64,000 nucleotides of DNA from an uncultured Verrucomicrobiae bacterium (lineage in GTDB: Bacteria; Verrucomicrobiota; Verrucomicrobiia; Chthoniobacterales; UBA10450). Below, one piece after another: positions 8,680-16,887 of this stretch (position 1 is the stretch's first letter; every line of letters begins with the position of its first letter). Below the pieces are notes generated by a model. The model was not told the DNA's origin and made no database searches. It worked only from the letters and a program-made list of their open reading frames with translations. A program made the position numbers and the translations under genes. The DNA is taken from the NCBI GenBank assembly GCA_963735805.1, contig CAVTMK010000004.1:576001-640000 (forward strand), in the 5' to 3' direction.

Positions 8680-8770
8680 TTCGTCCAAAGGCGAATGGAA
8701 CTCCGAAAGAGTTCGCGGGCGGGCCGTTGAATCGGAAAGCAACGAGGAACTTGCCCTACGGGGCACGGGA

Positions 8771-9250
8771 ATGCATCGTCCGGGCGTGGTGACCCTGGTG
8801 ATCGGCGGCTTTGGGTTAGCGGTCCTCGCGATCGTCGTGAGTTCTTTGCGAGAAGCGGCGGCGATGAAGTGCTGGCCTGTGGCGCAAGGCCGGGTGTTGT
8901 CGGCGAAGGTGGAGGAGTACCGGCAGAGTGTCAGCCGTGGAACCGGAGGCCCTCGGGACCGCATGACGCTCTACCGGCCGGTATTGCTTTACGAGTACGA
9001 GGTGGCGGGCAAACTCTTCCGCGGCAGCCGGATTGCGCAAAGTCCGGGGCTGGACCGTGGCGTGCCGGAGTTTGCGGAGAAGATGGTAGACCGTTATCCG
9101 GGCGGGAGCGCGGTGGCGGTGCGCTACAACCCGAGACGGCCGGATGAGTCGGTGCTGGAACCGCGGGTGCCTCGCAGCTGGATCTTCGGAGCCGCGATCG
9201 GTGTCGCGCTGCTACTGCTGGCGGCCTACACCTACCATACAGGGAGGTAA
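8771..9250 (+). CDS. DUF3592-family membrane protein
   Basis: N-terminal TM, WPVAQGRV, YRPVLLYEYEVAG, YPGGSAVAVRYNPRRPDESVL, C-terminal TM. Confidence 0.85.
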   Translation: MHRPGVVTLVIGGFGLAVLAIVVSSLREAAAMKCWPVAQGRVLSAKVEEYRQSVSRGTGGPRDRMTLYRPVLLYEYEVAGKLFRGSRIAQSPGLDRGVPEFAEKMVDRYPGGSAVAVRYNPRRPDESVLEPRVPRSWIFGAAIGVALLLLAAYTYHTGR

Positions 9251-9254
9251 GGCG

Positions 9255-9350
9255 GGCTGTCGCCATAATTCGTCCGCCACGGCGGGTTCGTCCAGCGGCG
9301 AATTGAACTCCGAAAGTTTTCGCGAGCGGGTGGTTAAAGCGTTAAAGCGG
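9255..9350 (+). repeat. Composite GGCTGTCGCC repeat, empty-site copy
   Basis: GGCTGTCGCC..TTCGTCCGCCACGGCGGG-TTCGTCCAGCGGCGAA-TTGAACTCCGAAAGTTTTCGCGAGCGGG..GTTAAAGCGTTAAAGCGG. Confidence 0.8.
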
Positions 9351-9448
9351 AAAGAAAGTTTCGCGCGGTCGTTCGCGATGCTGCCGCGCGAACTTTGGCA
9401 TCGCGCTGGATGTGCGATTCGTATAAATCTAAGGCGAGTTTTCAAAAA

Positions 9449-9646
9449 ATGTCCCCGCTTTTGATCAAGATCAGCAAGGATTTGAAACTCGCTCGCGTCC
9501 CCGCTTGCTCGCCGTTACCCGTCACGGCTTTACCTTCTATGTCGCTGAACCCCTCAGCTCCATTTGCGACTCTTTGGACGACGATCGATCCAATCGGGAA
9601 CGTGGCGCTTTTTGCCGGGTTGACCGGTTCGTTCGTTTCCAGATAA
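9449..9646 (+). pseudogene. marC: marC 5' fragment 1, split by an 81-bp element
   Basis: MSPLLIKISKD[27-codon insert]FATLWTTIDPIGNVALFAGLT is identical in protein to the N-terminus of marC at 11474, with many synonymous changes. Confidence 0.85.
9482..9562 (-). mobile_element. Short TCAA-ended element, subtype B (81 bp), in marC fragment 1
   Basis: Removal restores AAG GAT TTT GCG ACT (KDFAT) exactly. Confidence 0.88.
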
Positions 9647-9679
9647 GACCAAAATCATTCGCTCAACGAAAATTCGACC

Positions 9680-11251
9680 ATGAAAACCAGAACTCCTGCG
9701 CAATTCGTCATTTTCAATTCGGGTTTCTTAATCGGTCTATGCGTTTTCCTGTTTGCCGGTCTTCTGCTCGCTTTAGGCGAGTTCGCCACGGCTCAATCAA
9801 GCCTGGCAAGCCAAACGCCAAAGGCCGCGCACCGAGAAAATCTCAAATCCGGTTTCGGAGAAATCCAGTCTTCTCGGAGAGATACGTTGCGCCCTCTGGG
9901 TGGGCAATGTGTTACTCTCCGTGGCCCGATCCTGACTCTGTCCGAGTCCTTAGACATCGCTTCGGTCGATACGGCTCCCGCCGCATTCAACAGTCAGGCT
10001 GACGAATTCCTCATAAGCTGGGACCAATTTATTGGCACAAACTGGGCTGTATACGATCAGCGTCTCGCGGTTGATGGCACGCTTCTTGGTGAAAACAATC
10101 CGATCATAGAGGGGACCGATACCTTTATCGAACCGGCGGTCGCCTGCAATCCTGATACCGATCAGTACTTCGTCACCTGGCGATTCCAAGGGGGCGATCC
10201 GGGCACGCCGGGCTTTAATAATGCTTTTGGCCAGCTCCTGGATAGCTCTGGTATTCCGATTGGCGATGTCGTTCACGTCTCCAACGCTGGCCTCGAACAG
10301 ACACTGGTATTTAACTCTGTCACTGGCGAGTTTGGACACCATGCACGCGACTTTGATGGTGGCGGAATCCCGGGAATCTACTTCCGGGGGATTGCTGGCG
10401 ATGGCACACCGCTCGCGTCGCCGACGCCGATCACCACCGCTGGAGCGCCCGCGCCAGCTGGTGAAATCGGTGTGAATACAACCACTGGCGATTATCTCTC
10501 GACCTGGCGAGATCAAGTGGATGAAGATCTCAAGGGCCGACTCCTGGATAGCAACGGAATGCCGTTGACGGATCCGTTTGAGATCAGTGACGTCTTTCCC
10601 GGCTCTACGCTCGCCGCGGGTGTGGCCTACGACGCAGCAGCGGACCAGTACCTGGTCGTATTCACCGATTTTAGCTCCCCAAACCCCCTCTTTGGGCAGT
10701 TTGTGACCGCCTCCGGCGAACCAATAGGGCCCTTGATACCGATAGCTACGCAAAGCGGAGCTAGTTTTGCGGGCTTGGCATTCGATCCTATCAATGGGGT
10801 TTACCTGGTCAGATGGACAGATCCGAATTCTGGCATTGTTTGGGTGCAGCTATTGTCTTCTGATGGACTCGTGCTCGGCGAAGCAGTGAACGTTTTTGAA
10901 GGCACAATCCAGTCTTTCGCTCGCGGCTCGGTAGTCGCTAACAAGAATGAAGGCGGCTTCCTCGTCACCGCCGTGCAGACTACCGACCAAGGAAACCAGC
11001 AAGTGATCGCTCGTTTTGTTGACGTGGTTAGTGCGTGCTTGCCCAGTCCAACACCGACACCCAGTGTAACGCCAACTCCTAACCCTACTGCGACTCCCAC
11101 GCCAACTCCCAGTCCTACAGCGACACCTACACCTACCTCCACAGTAACACCTAGTCCTACCCCGGTGGTTACACCGACGCCAACACCTGAACCGAGACCT
11201 ACTCCGTTGCCAAGGCCGCGTCCCACGCCGCATCCGCGCCCGAGCCCGTAA
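9680..11251 (+). CDS. Secreted or surface protein with repeated beta-rich motifs and a Pro/Thr-rich tail
   Basis: N-terminal hydrophobic segment. Repeats of A[FY][ND]xxxxxYLVxW type. (PT)n linker ending [18 protein letters not shown]. Confidence 0.8.
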   Translation: MKTRTPAQFVIFNSGFLIGLCVFLFAGLLLALGEFATAQSSLASQTPKAAHRENLKSGFGEIQSSRRDTLRPLGGQCVTLRGPILTLSESLDIASVDTAPAAFNSQADEFLISWDQFIGTNWAVYDQRLAVDGTLLGENNPIIEGTDTFIEPAVACNPDTDQYFVTWRFQGGDPGTPGFNNAFGQLLDSSGIPIGDVVHVSNAGLEQTLVFNSVTGEFGHHARDFDGGGIPGIYFRGIAGDGTPLASPTPITTAGAPAPAGEIGVNTTTGDYLSTWRDQVDEDLKGRLLDSNGMPLTDPFEISDVFPGSTLAAGVAYDAAADQYLVVFTDFSSPNPLFGQFVTASGEPIGPLIPIATQSGASFAGLAFDPINGVYLVRWTDPNSGIVWVQLLSSDGLVLGEAVNVFEGTIQSFARGSVVANKNEGGFLVTAVQTTDQGNQQVIARFVDVVSACLPSPTPTPSVTPTPNPTATPTPTPSPTATPTPTSTVTPSPTPVVTPTPTPEPRPTPLPRPRPTPHPRPSP

Positions 11252-11283
11252 TGGGATAGTGATCGGCGGTAGCAAATTTACCC

Positions 11284-11355
11284 ATGTCGCCTCTGTTAAT
11301 TAAGATTAGTAAGGATTTTGCTTCGCTCTGGACGACGATGGCTCTCGCCGCGTGA
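11284..11355 (+). pseudogene. marC: marC 5' fragment 2
   Basis: MSPLLIKISKDFASLWTT, then runs into a GGCTCTCGCC repeat and stops. Confidence 0.8.
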
Positions 11356-11384
11356 ATCGTTGAAACGTTAAAGCGTTGAATCGG
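11340..11384 (+). repeat. Minimal GGCTSTCGCCGCGTGAA-(octamer)n-CGG repeat
   Basis: Matches 12111-12163. Confidence 0.7.
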
Positions 11385-11473
11385 AAGAATACTTTCACGC
11401 CATAGCGTGCGCCGTATCACCGCAAATTTTGTCTCGCTGTCGAGCTGTCCGTTTGTATAAAGCACATATTTCC

Positions 11474-12109
11474 ATGTCCCCTTTGCTCATCAAGATCAGT
11501 AAGGATTTCGCAACGCTATGGACCACCATTGACCCGATTGGAAATGTAGCGCTTTTCGCCGGGTTGACAGCTGGGCTCACCCGGGCACAGCGACATTGGA
11601 CAGCGCTCCGCGGTGTGATCTACGCCACGATCATCCTCGTGGCCGCCGGGACCGTCGGCCAGGTCATTCTCGACGCGATCGGCATTCACATGCACTCGCT
11701 CAAAGTGGCCGGCGGCATCATTCTGTTCCTGTTCGGTGTTCAGATGCTTTTCGGCAAAATGGATTCAAAGACGGAGAGATCGCCATCGCCGGAGGAGGGG
11801 CGCGATCTAGCGGTGTTCCCGCTGGCGGTGCCTTCCATCGCCGGACCGGGCGCAATGATGGCGGTGATCGTCTTGACTGATAACGATGTCTATACGGTGC
11901 CGGAGCGGCTCGAAACTGGTGTGGTCCTTGTGGTGGTGCTTTTCATCACATATCTCCTGCTGCTTTTTTCGGATGGAATTCTGCGGGTGATTGGGCGACA
12001 GGGCGCGTCCGTCCTGGTCCGTGTAATGGGACTCATCCTTTGCTCTCTGGCAGTGGAAATCGTGCTGACGGCGCTCGGTGTCGGCGGCTGGACGGCGGGT
12101 GCGCACTAG
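11474..12109 (+). CDS. marC: MarC-family integral membrane protein
   Basis: IDPIGN, SLKVAGGIILF, AVFPLAVPSIAGPGAM, RVMGLIL motifs. Start set to ATG 11474. Confidence 0.93.
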   Translation: MSPLLIKISKDFATLWTTIDPIGNVALFAGLTAGLTRAQRHWTALRGVIYATIILVAAGTVGQVILDAIGIHMHSLKVAGGIILFLFGVQMLFGKMDSKTERSPSPEEGRDLAVFPLAVPSIAGPGAMMAVIVLTDNDVYTVPERLETGVVLVVVLFITYLLLLFSDGILRVIGRQGASVLVRVMGLILCSLAVEIVLTALGVGGWTAGAH

Positions 12110-12110
12110 C

Positions 12111-12163
12111 GGCTGTCGCCGCGTGAAGCGTTAAAGGGTTGAAGGGTTGAAGCGTTAAAGCGG
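12111..12163 (+). repeat. Minimal GGCTGTCGCCGCGTGAA-(octamer)n-CGG repeat
   Basis: Lies immediately after the marC stop. Contains GTTRAAGS octamers. Confidence 0.7.
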
Positions 12164-12177
12164 GAGATACGAATGGA

Positions 12178-13995
12178 ATGTCCATGCATCGAAGAAGCTT
12201 CTTGACGCGCCTTGTTTTAGGCGGTCTGGCGTTTCTTGTTCGGCAAAACTGGCTTCTCGGAGCGGAATTTCCGAAGGGTCTTGTTCGACGTGTCCGTCCG
12301 TCGGATGCGGGCTGGCCCAGCGCTGGAGAATGGCAAAAGCTGAACGATGCGGTTGGCGGAAGGTTGATCAAAGTGCAACCGCTGTTCGCAGGTTGTAACG
12401 ACGATCGGAAAGGCGCCTTATGCGTTGAGGCACTGGAAAACATGCGCAATCCTTTTTGGCTCGCCGATCAGCCCGCCGGAACAGAAACATCCGGATGGTT
12501 CGACGCCTGGGTATCCGCACCAAGCGTGTATGCAGTAGCCGCCCGAAATGCCACAGATGTAGCAGCCGGGGTGAATTTTGCGCGGGAACACCGGTTGCGG
12601 CTAGCGGTGAAAGGTGGCGCTCATAGTTATCAAGGCACTTCAAATTCTGCCGATTCATTGCTGATCTGGACCCGAAAGATGAGTGACGTGCGTTTGCACG
12701 ACAGCTTTGTTCCCGAAGGATGTGAAGGTAAAGTAGCCCCGGTTCCTGCAGTAACCGCGGAAGCCGGCGCGGTTTGGAGTGATCTGTATAACGCCGTGAC
12801 GACTGAAGCTGGCCGCTATGTCCAGGGCGGCGGTTGCACCACCGTAGGCGTTGCTGGACTAGTCCAAAGCGGAGGTTTCGGCAGTTTCTCGAAAGGTTTC
12901 GGCACTGCGGCATCGAGCCTTTTGGAAGCGGAAGTGGTGACTGCGGATGGAATTGTGCGGACGGTGAATGCCGGTCGCGATGCCGATCTTTTTTGGGCAC
13001 TGAAAGGCGGCGGCGGCGGAAGTTGGGGTGTAGTGACAAAGGTAACTCTCGAGACATATGAGCTACCGGAATTCTTTGGAGGCGCGAAGGGCAAGATCAA
13101 AGCCAGATCGGATGAAGCTTATCGAAGGTTACTCGCCCGATTCGTCAGCTTTTATTATGAGGCGCTTTTCAATCCACGCTGGGGCGAACAAGCTGTGTTG
13201 GAAGGCGATAACACGCTCAAGCTCTCGTTTGTAATGCAGGGACTGACCGGCCCGCAAGCGCGCGAGGTTTGGAAGCCCTTCTTTGAATGGGTCAAAGAAG
13301 CGTCACAGGACTATTCCATCCTCGAAGAACTCAGAGCTGGAGCGATAAAAGCGAGAGGGTGGTGGCAGTTCGACGAAGGCGGTTCGCTGATTCGCGATCA
13401 ACGCGATGGTGCACGGAAATATCATGGTTGGTGGAAGGGCGATGCGGACCAGGTGGGATTCTTTATTACCGGTTTCGAGTCGGCATGGCTTCCGGCTTCA
13501 TTACTCGAAAAGGAAAATCAGGGAAAACTGGTGGACGCGCTCTTCGCCAGCACTCGTTTCAACACCGTCGAATTACATTTTAACAAAGGTTTAGCTGGAG
13601 CTGCGGCCAATGTGGTGGCAGCGGCCACACAGACAGCTACCAACCCATTAGTCACTGAAGCTTTTGCTTTAGCGATTACGGCTGATGCCCAACAGCCGGC
13701 CTATCCCGGCCAGCCGAAAGCAGTCATTGACAAAGATGCGGCGAAGAACAGTGCGCGCGCCGTCGACAACGCCATCGCAGAACTGCGGAAGGTGGCTCCT
13801 CACGGCGGCTCCTATGTTTCCGAAAGTAACTATTTCAATAATTCGTGGCAGGAAGCTTTCTGGGGAACTAATTATCCAAAGCTCCGAGCAATAAAGGCGA
13901 AGTACGATCCCGACTGTTTATTTTTCGTCCATCACGGAGTCGGTACCGAAAATTGGAGCGCGGACGGATTTGCTCAATTGACCGGTCATGCCTGA
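12178..13995 (+). CDS. Tat-exported FAD-linked oxidoreductase (berberine-bridge/VAO family)
   Basis: RRSFL twin-arginine motif, VKGGAHSY, GGCTTVGVAG, DLFWALKGGGG, C-terminal FWGTNYPKLRAIKAKYDP. Confidence 0.9.
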   Translation: MSMHRRSFLTRLVLGGLAFLVRQNWLLGAEFPKGLVRRVRPSDAGWPSAGEWQKLNDAVGGRLIKVQPLFAGCNDDRKGALCVEALENMRNPFWLADQPAGTETSGWFDAWVSAPSVYAVAARNATDVAAGVNFAREHRLRLAVKGGAHSYQGTSNSADSLLIWTRKMSDVRLHDSFVPEGCEGKVAPVPAVTAEAGAVWSDLYNAVTTEAGRYVQGGGCTTVGVAGLVQSGGFGSFSKGFGTAASSLLEAEVVTADGIVRTVNAGRDADLFWALKGGGGGSWGVVTKVTLETYELPEFFGGAKGKIKARSDEAYRRLLARFVSFYYEALFNPRWGEQAVLEGDNTLKLSFVMQGLTGPQAREVWKPFFEWVKEASQDYSILEELRAGAIKARGWWQFDEGGSLIRDQRDGARKYHGWWKGDADQVGFFITGFESAWLPASLLEKENQGKLVDALFASTRFNTVELHFNKGLAGAAANVVAAATQTATNPLVTEAFALAITADAQQPAYPGQPKAVIDKDAAKNSARAVDNAIAELRKVAPHGGSYVSESNYFNNSWQEAFWGTNYPKLRAIKAKYDPDCLFFVHHGVGTENWSADGFAQLTGHA

Positions 13996-14436
13996 AGTGG
14001 TTGAGCAAAGCAGCTCGATGAGTTCAATCGTGTCGTCACGGTAACGATCGATGGTCAACGTCGGCGCGAGCGTCTTGGGATCGTTGAGCGGATAAGAACG
14101 CCCGGCGACGACAGTGAAGAAGTCTTCCCATGGACGCTGGAACGCCAACCCGAAAGACATCTCGACAGCGCCCGGACCACCATGGATGTAGATCAGGATC
14201 GGGTTGCCGCGGTCGGCGCCACGCACGTTAACGACCTGCCGCGCACCGCCCAACACAGCCTCGAATGTCTCCTGCACGTCATTGGGAGTCACGATCCGAT
14301 CGAGATCAGCAACGATCGCGCGGCCGGGAGCATAGATGTCAGTCGTCTCCGGCATCTGCGCCATACTGTCTCCGGCAACGGCGATCAAAAGCGACAGAAC
14401 GCGTAAGCGGATCATCAGTTCATTTGGTCCGTGCAA
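13995..14436 (-). pseudogene. Truncated alpha/beta hydrolase (proline iminopeptidase-like)
   Basis: RGADRGNPILIYIHGGPG..WEDFFTVV-AGRSY lacks the usual WDQRG. It ends before the GxSWG nucleophile and collides with the FAD oxidoreductase end. Confidence 0.65.
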
Positions 14437-14469
14437 AGGCTACGGTCTAACGAGAATTGGACTGCATCC

Positions 14470-14946
14470 CTATGTCTGTACGCCCGTCTGGATGGACTCG
14501 AGCTCTCGAATGTAGTCGGCGGGTAGCTGCCAGTGCTTTGCACCTGTTACAATAAGGTTTTTGTAATCGCAATCGGGCAATGGTGGATTGGGTTGGGGAT
14601 GGCCGCGATAGAGTGCAACGAGAAGCAGTCGTGTCGCATCGCCGTCGCGCCAGACGTAATGATTTTCGCGGGTGTACTCGTTTTCGTCGTCGGGGCGTTT
14701 GGGGTTGAAGTCTTCGTCCTTGTCCAGGTTTCCCAATTCATTTTCGAGGAGCTCGTAAACGACACCCCAGACATCTTTCGTTTCATCGCGCAAGATGTCT
14801 GCAACGCCACATCGCCGCCTGCAAGACCTCAGCGTAAAGGCAAGCCGATGTGACGGCAGTTTTCCCCGACAAACAAACGTTGCCGATGGACAGCGCTCCG
14901 TCATCTGCGCCGCGTGCATATTTGAGCCGTATGCGAAATACAACAT
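14470..14946 (-). CDS. Gamma-glutamylcyclotransferase (AIG2-like) family protein
   Basis: YFAYGSNM, VWGVVYEL, LDKDE, Y..LIVTGAKHWQLPADY. Confidence 0.9.
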   Translation of the reverse strand: MLYFAYGSNMHAAQMTERCPSATFVCRGKLPSHRLAFTLRSCRRRCGVADILRDETKDVWGVVYELLENELGNLDKDEDFNPKRPDDENEYTRENHYVWRDGDATRLLLVALYRGHPQPNPPLPDCDYKNLIVTGAKHWQLPADYIRELESIQTGVQT

Positions 14947-14960
14947 CGGTGTTCCAAATT

Positions 14961-14984
14961 CCAGGCGACACGCCTGCCGCTACG
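14961..14984 (-). repeat. GTAG-type REP-like palindrome
   Basis: CAGGCGACACGCCTGCCGCTAC. Near-copy at 16720-16745. Confidence 0.65.
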
Positions 14985-14987
14985 GAT

Positions 14988-16394
14988 CTAATGTTTCTTG
15001 TATCCAAAGAAACCGCGACCGCGGATAATGTCTGCAACTTGCGGCGGCACCATCTCGTCCCAGCTTTCATCCCCCTCAGCGATGCGTTTGAGGACGTCCC
15101 GGGAAAAGATCGGCAGATATTTGGAATTATAATTATCAAGCTGCACGAAACTGCCGCGACCGAGCAGATAACTGTAGAGCGGTTGCAGGTCCGGTTTCAC
15201 CTGCACTGTGTGAATGGTTTCTAATTCGTCGGCGGGTGTCCGCTGCTTCGGATAGACATAAACTTTCAAGTCGTTCTTAAAGAGGCGTCCGAAGTTCTCG
15301 AGAATGCCGCCGGGCAAGTCGGCATAATATTTTTCGTCGAAGAGCTCATACACACTCGGCACGCCCATGACGATGCCGATGCGTTCGCGTGTCCGCCACG
15401 CAAGATAAGCGGCCAGCCGATAGTATTGGAAGTAATCGGAGATGAGCACTGTCATGCCACAGGCGCCGAGGACCTCGGCGCGCCCGAGAAAATCACGACG
15501 GTCAACGTCTTTGCCGCCGGCCAGCAGGTTGCGCATAGTCAGTTCCATCAGACCAAGAATCGGTTTGTTCTCCACAGCCGGTTCTTTTTTGAACTTCGCC
15601 AGGGCGCACTGAAACATGTCGAGGTTCACATAGGTGACTGGACGAAAACTGCCGCGCTCGACCAGCACGGCTTTGTTATGCAACACGTCGGACGGCTGGA
15701 GCACTTCGCGGTCCGGGCCAAACATCGCTGCGCCGCTTAGCCCGATCTGGACGAGCTTGAGCGCCATGATGCGGTTGTCCACGTTGCGAAACTCGATTCC
15801 GCTGAACTCGAGCATGTCGATCTCGAGGCGACGCGTGGTGAGGCTATCGAGCAGCGATTCGACGAGTTCCTCCGGCACGTGACTGAGGAAAAATGCGCCG
15901 TAACAAAGGTTAACGCCCACAATGCCGAGCGCCTCTTGTTGCGCCGATGCTTCCTCGTCGAGCATGCGTATGTGCATCACGATCTGGCTGGGTTCATCGT
16001 TGGCGCGGCTCTGAAACTTGATTCCCATCCAGCCGTGGCACTCGTTAGTCCCGCGATAGCTCCGCGCCACGACTGTATCGGCGAAAGCGAAGAACGAAGT
16101 GTTATCGCCGCGCTCCGCTGCCAGGCGTTCGATGTCGAGGCCAAATTCGTAGTCGAGCATCGCCTGTAGCCGGTTGCGCGAAACGTACCGGTCAACGTGC
16201 CCGTAGATGGCGTCGCTCACTTTCATGTCGTAAGCCGAGATGCTCTTTGCGACTGTCCCCGCTGCGCCGCCGACCCTGAAAAACCAGCGCACCACTTCCT
16301 GGCCCGCACCGATCTCAGCAAAGGTACCGTACCAGCGCGGATCGATATTGATCCTAAGCGCCTTGGAATGGGTGTCGGTTGGTTCCTCTTTCAC
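14988..16394 (-). CDS. Conserved uncharacterised cytoplasmic protein with a nucleotidyltransferase-like GSFRPVT motif
   Basis: 468-aa ORF with YGTFAEIGAGQEV, ERGSFRPVT and a C-terminal VPPQVADIIRGRGFFGY. No signal peptide or beta-barrel pattern. Confidence 0.8.
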   Translation of the reverse strand: MKEEPTDTHSKALRINIDPRWYGTFAEIGAGQEVVRWFFRVGGAAGTVAKSISAYDMKVSDAIYGHVDRYVSRNRLQAMLDYEFGLDIERLAAERGDNTSFFAFADTVVARSYRGTNECHGWMGIKFQSRANDEPSQIVMHIRMLDEEASAQQEALGIVGVNLCYGAFFLSHVPEELVESLLDSLTTRRLEIDMLEFSGIEFRNVDNRIMALKLVQIGLSGAAMFGPDREVLQPSDVLHNKAVLVERGSFRPVTYVNLDMFQCALAKFKKEPAVENKPILGLMELTMRNLLAGGKDVDRRDFLGRAEVLGACGMTVLISDYFQYYRLAAYLAWRTRERIGIVMGVPSVYELFDEKYYADLPGGILENFGRLFKNDLKVYVYPKQRTPADELETIHTVQVKPDLQPLYSYLLGRGSFVQLDNYNSKYLPIFSRDVLKRIAEGDESWDEMVPPQVADIIRGRGFFGYKKH

Positions 16395-16519
16395 GGGGTG
16401 AGGGCAGGAAATGTACTAAACCCTCGGCGCACGAAACGCGAGAGTTTCCAAGTAATATTTACGTTACAGGATTTAACCCCGTGCTTGTTGATTAGAGGCG
16501 CTCTTGCAAACACGTCGCG

Positions 16520-16745
16520 CTGCAGCCACGGCGCTGTGTCGCCGTGCCGCCGAGGGCAACAGCACAGAAAAGCCTCGACACTCGCCACCGCGAGTAAACT
16601 CTGAGGCGGCTACAACATTCGTGAAACGCCAGAGGCATTTCAGTGACATTGGATCTCGGTGTCCGCGGTCGGCGCCCGCGGTTACAGAATTGCGGCTGAC
16701 ACAGACGCCACTAAGACGACGCAGGCGATACGCCTGCCACTACAG
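16520..16745. repeat. Cluster of GTAG/CTAC REP-like palindromes
   Basis: GCAGCCACGGCGCTGTGTCGCC..GAGGCGGCTAC (cf. 27228-27318), CCGCGGTCGGCGCCCGCGGTTAC (cf. 30330-30355), GCGGCTGACACAG (cf. 17731), GCAGGCGATACGCCTGCCACTAC. Confidence 0.7.
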
Positions 16746-16887
16746 CGGGTGAAACGCGAGACGCATTTCGGTAACGTTTGCGTTACCGAACGATAGGTCG
16801 AATTGCTTGCGGCTGGTTCAATCATTGTGTCTTGTCACCACTCACAATAATTCCGACGAAACAAAACCAACCGATTACCTTTACGTT

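Noticed and set aside
1998..9562. CRISPR array interpretation of the recurring repeats
   Set aside because: Units are 73-111 bp, irregularly spaced and in both orientations, with no constant-length spacers and no cas genes.
11040..11250. Tandem DNA repeat or mobile element
   Set aside because: It is simply the coding sequence of a Pro/Thr linker with varied codons.
2101..12163. Integron cassette array (attC sites)
   Set aside because: Some GTTRRRY matches occur in the octamers, but there is no RYYYAAC inverse core pairing, genes lie in mixed orientation, and there is no intI in the window.
14988..16394. TonB-dependent receptor label that I recall being attached to this family
   Set aside because: No signal peptide, too short, and no beta-barrel or terminal Phe pattern.
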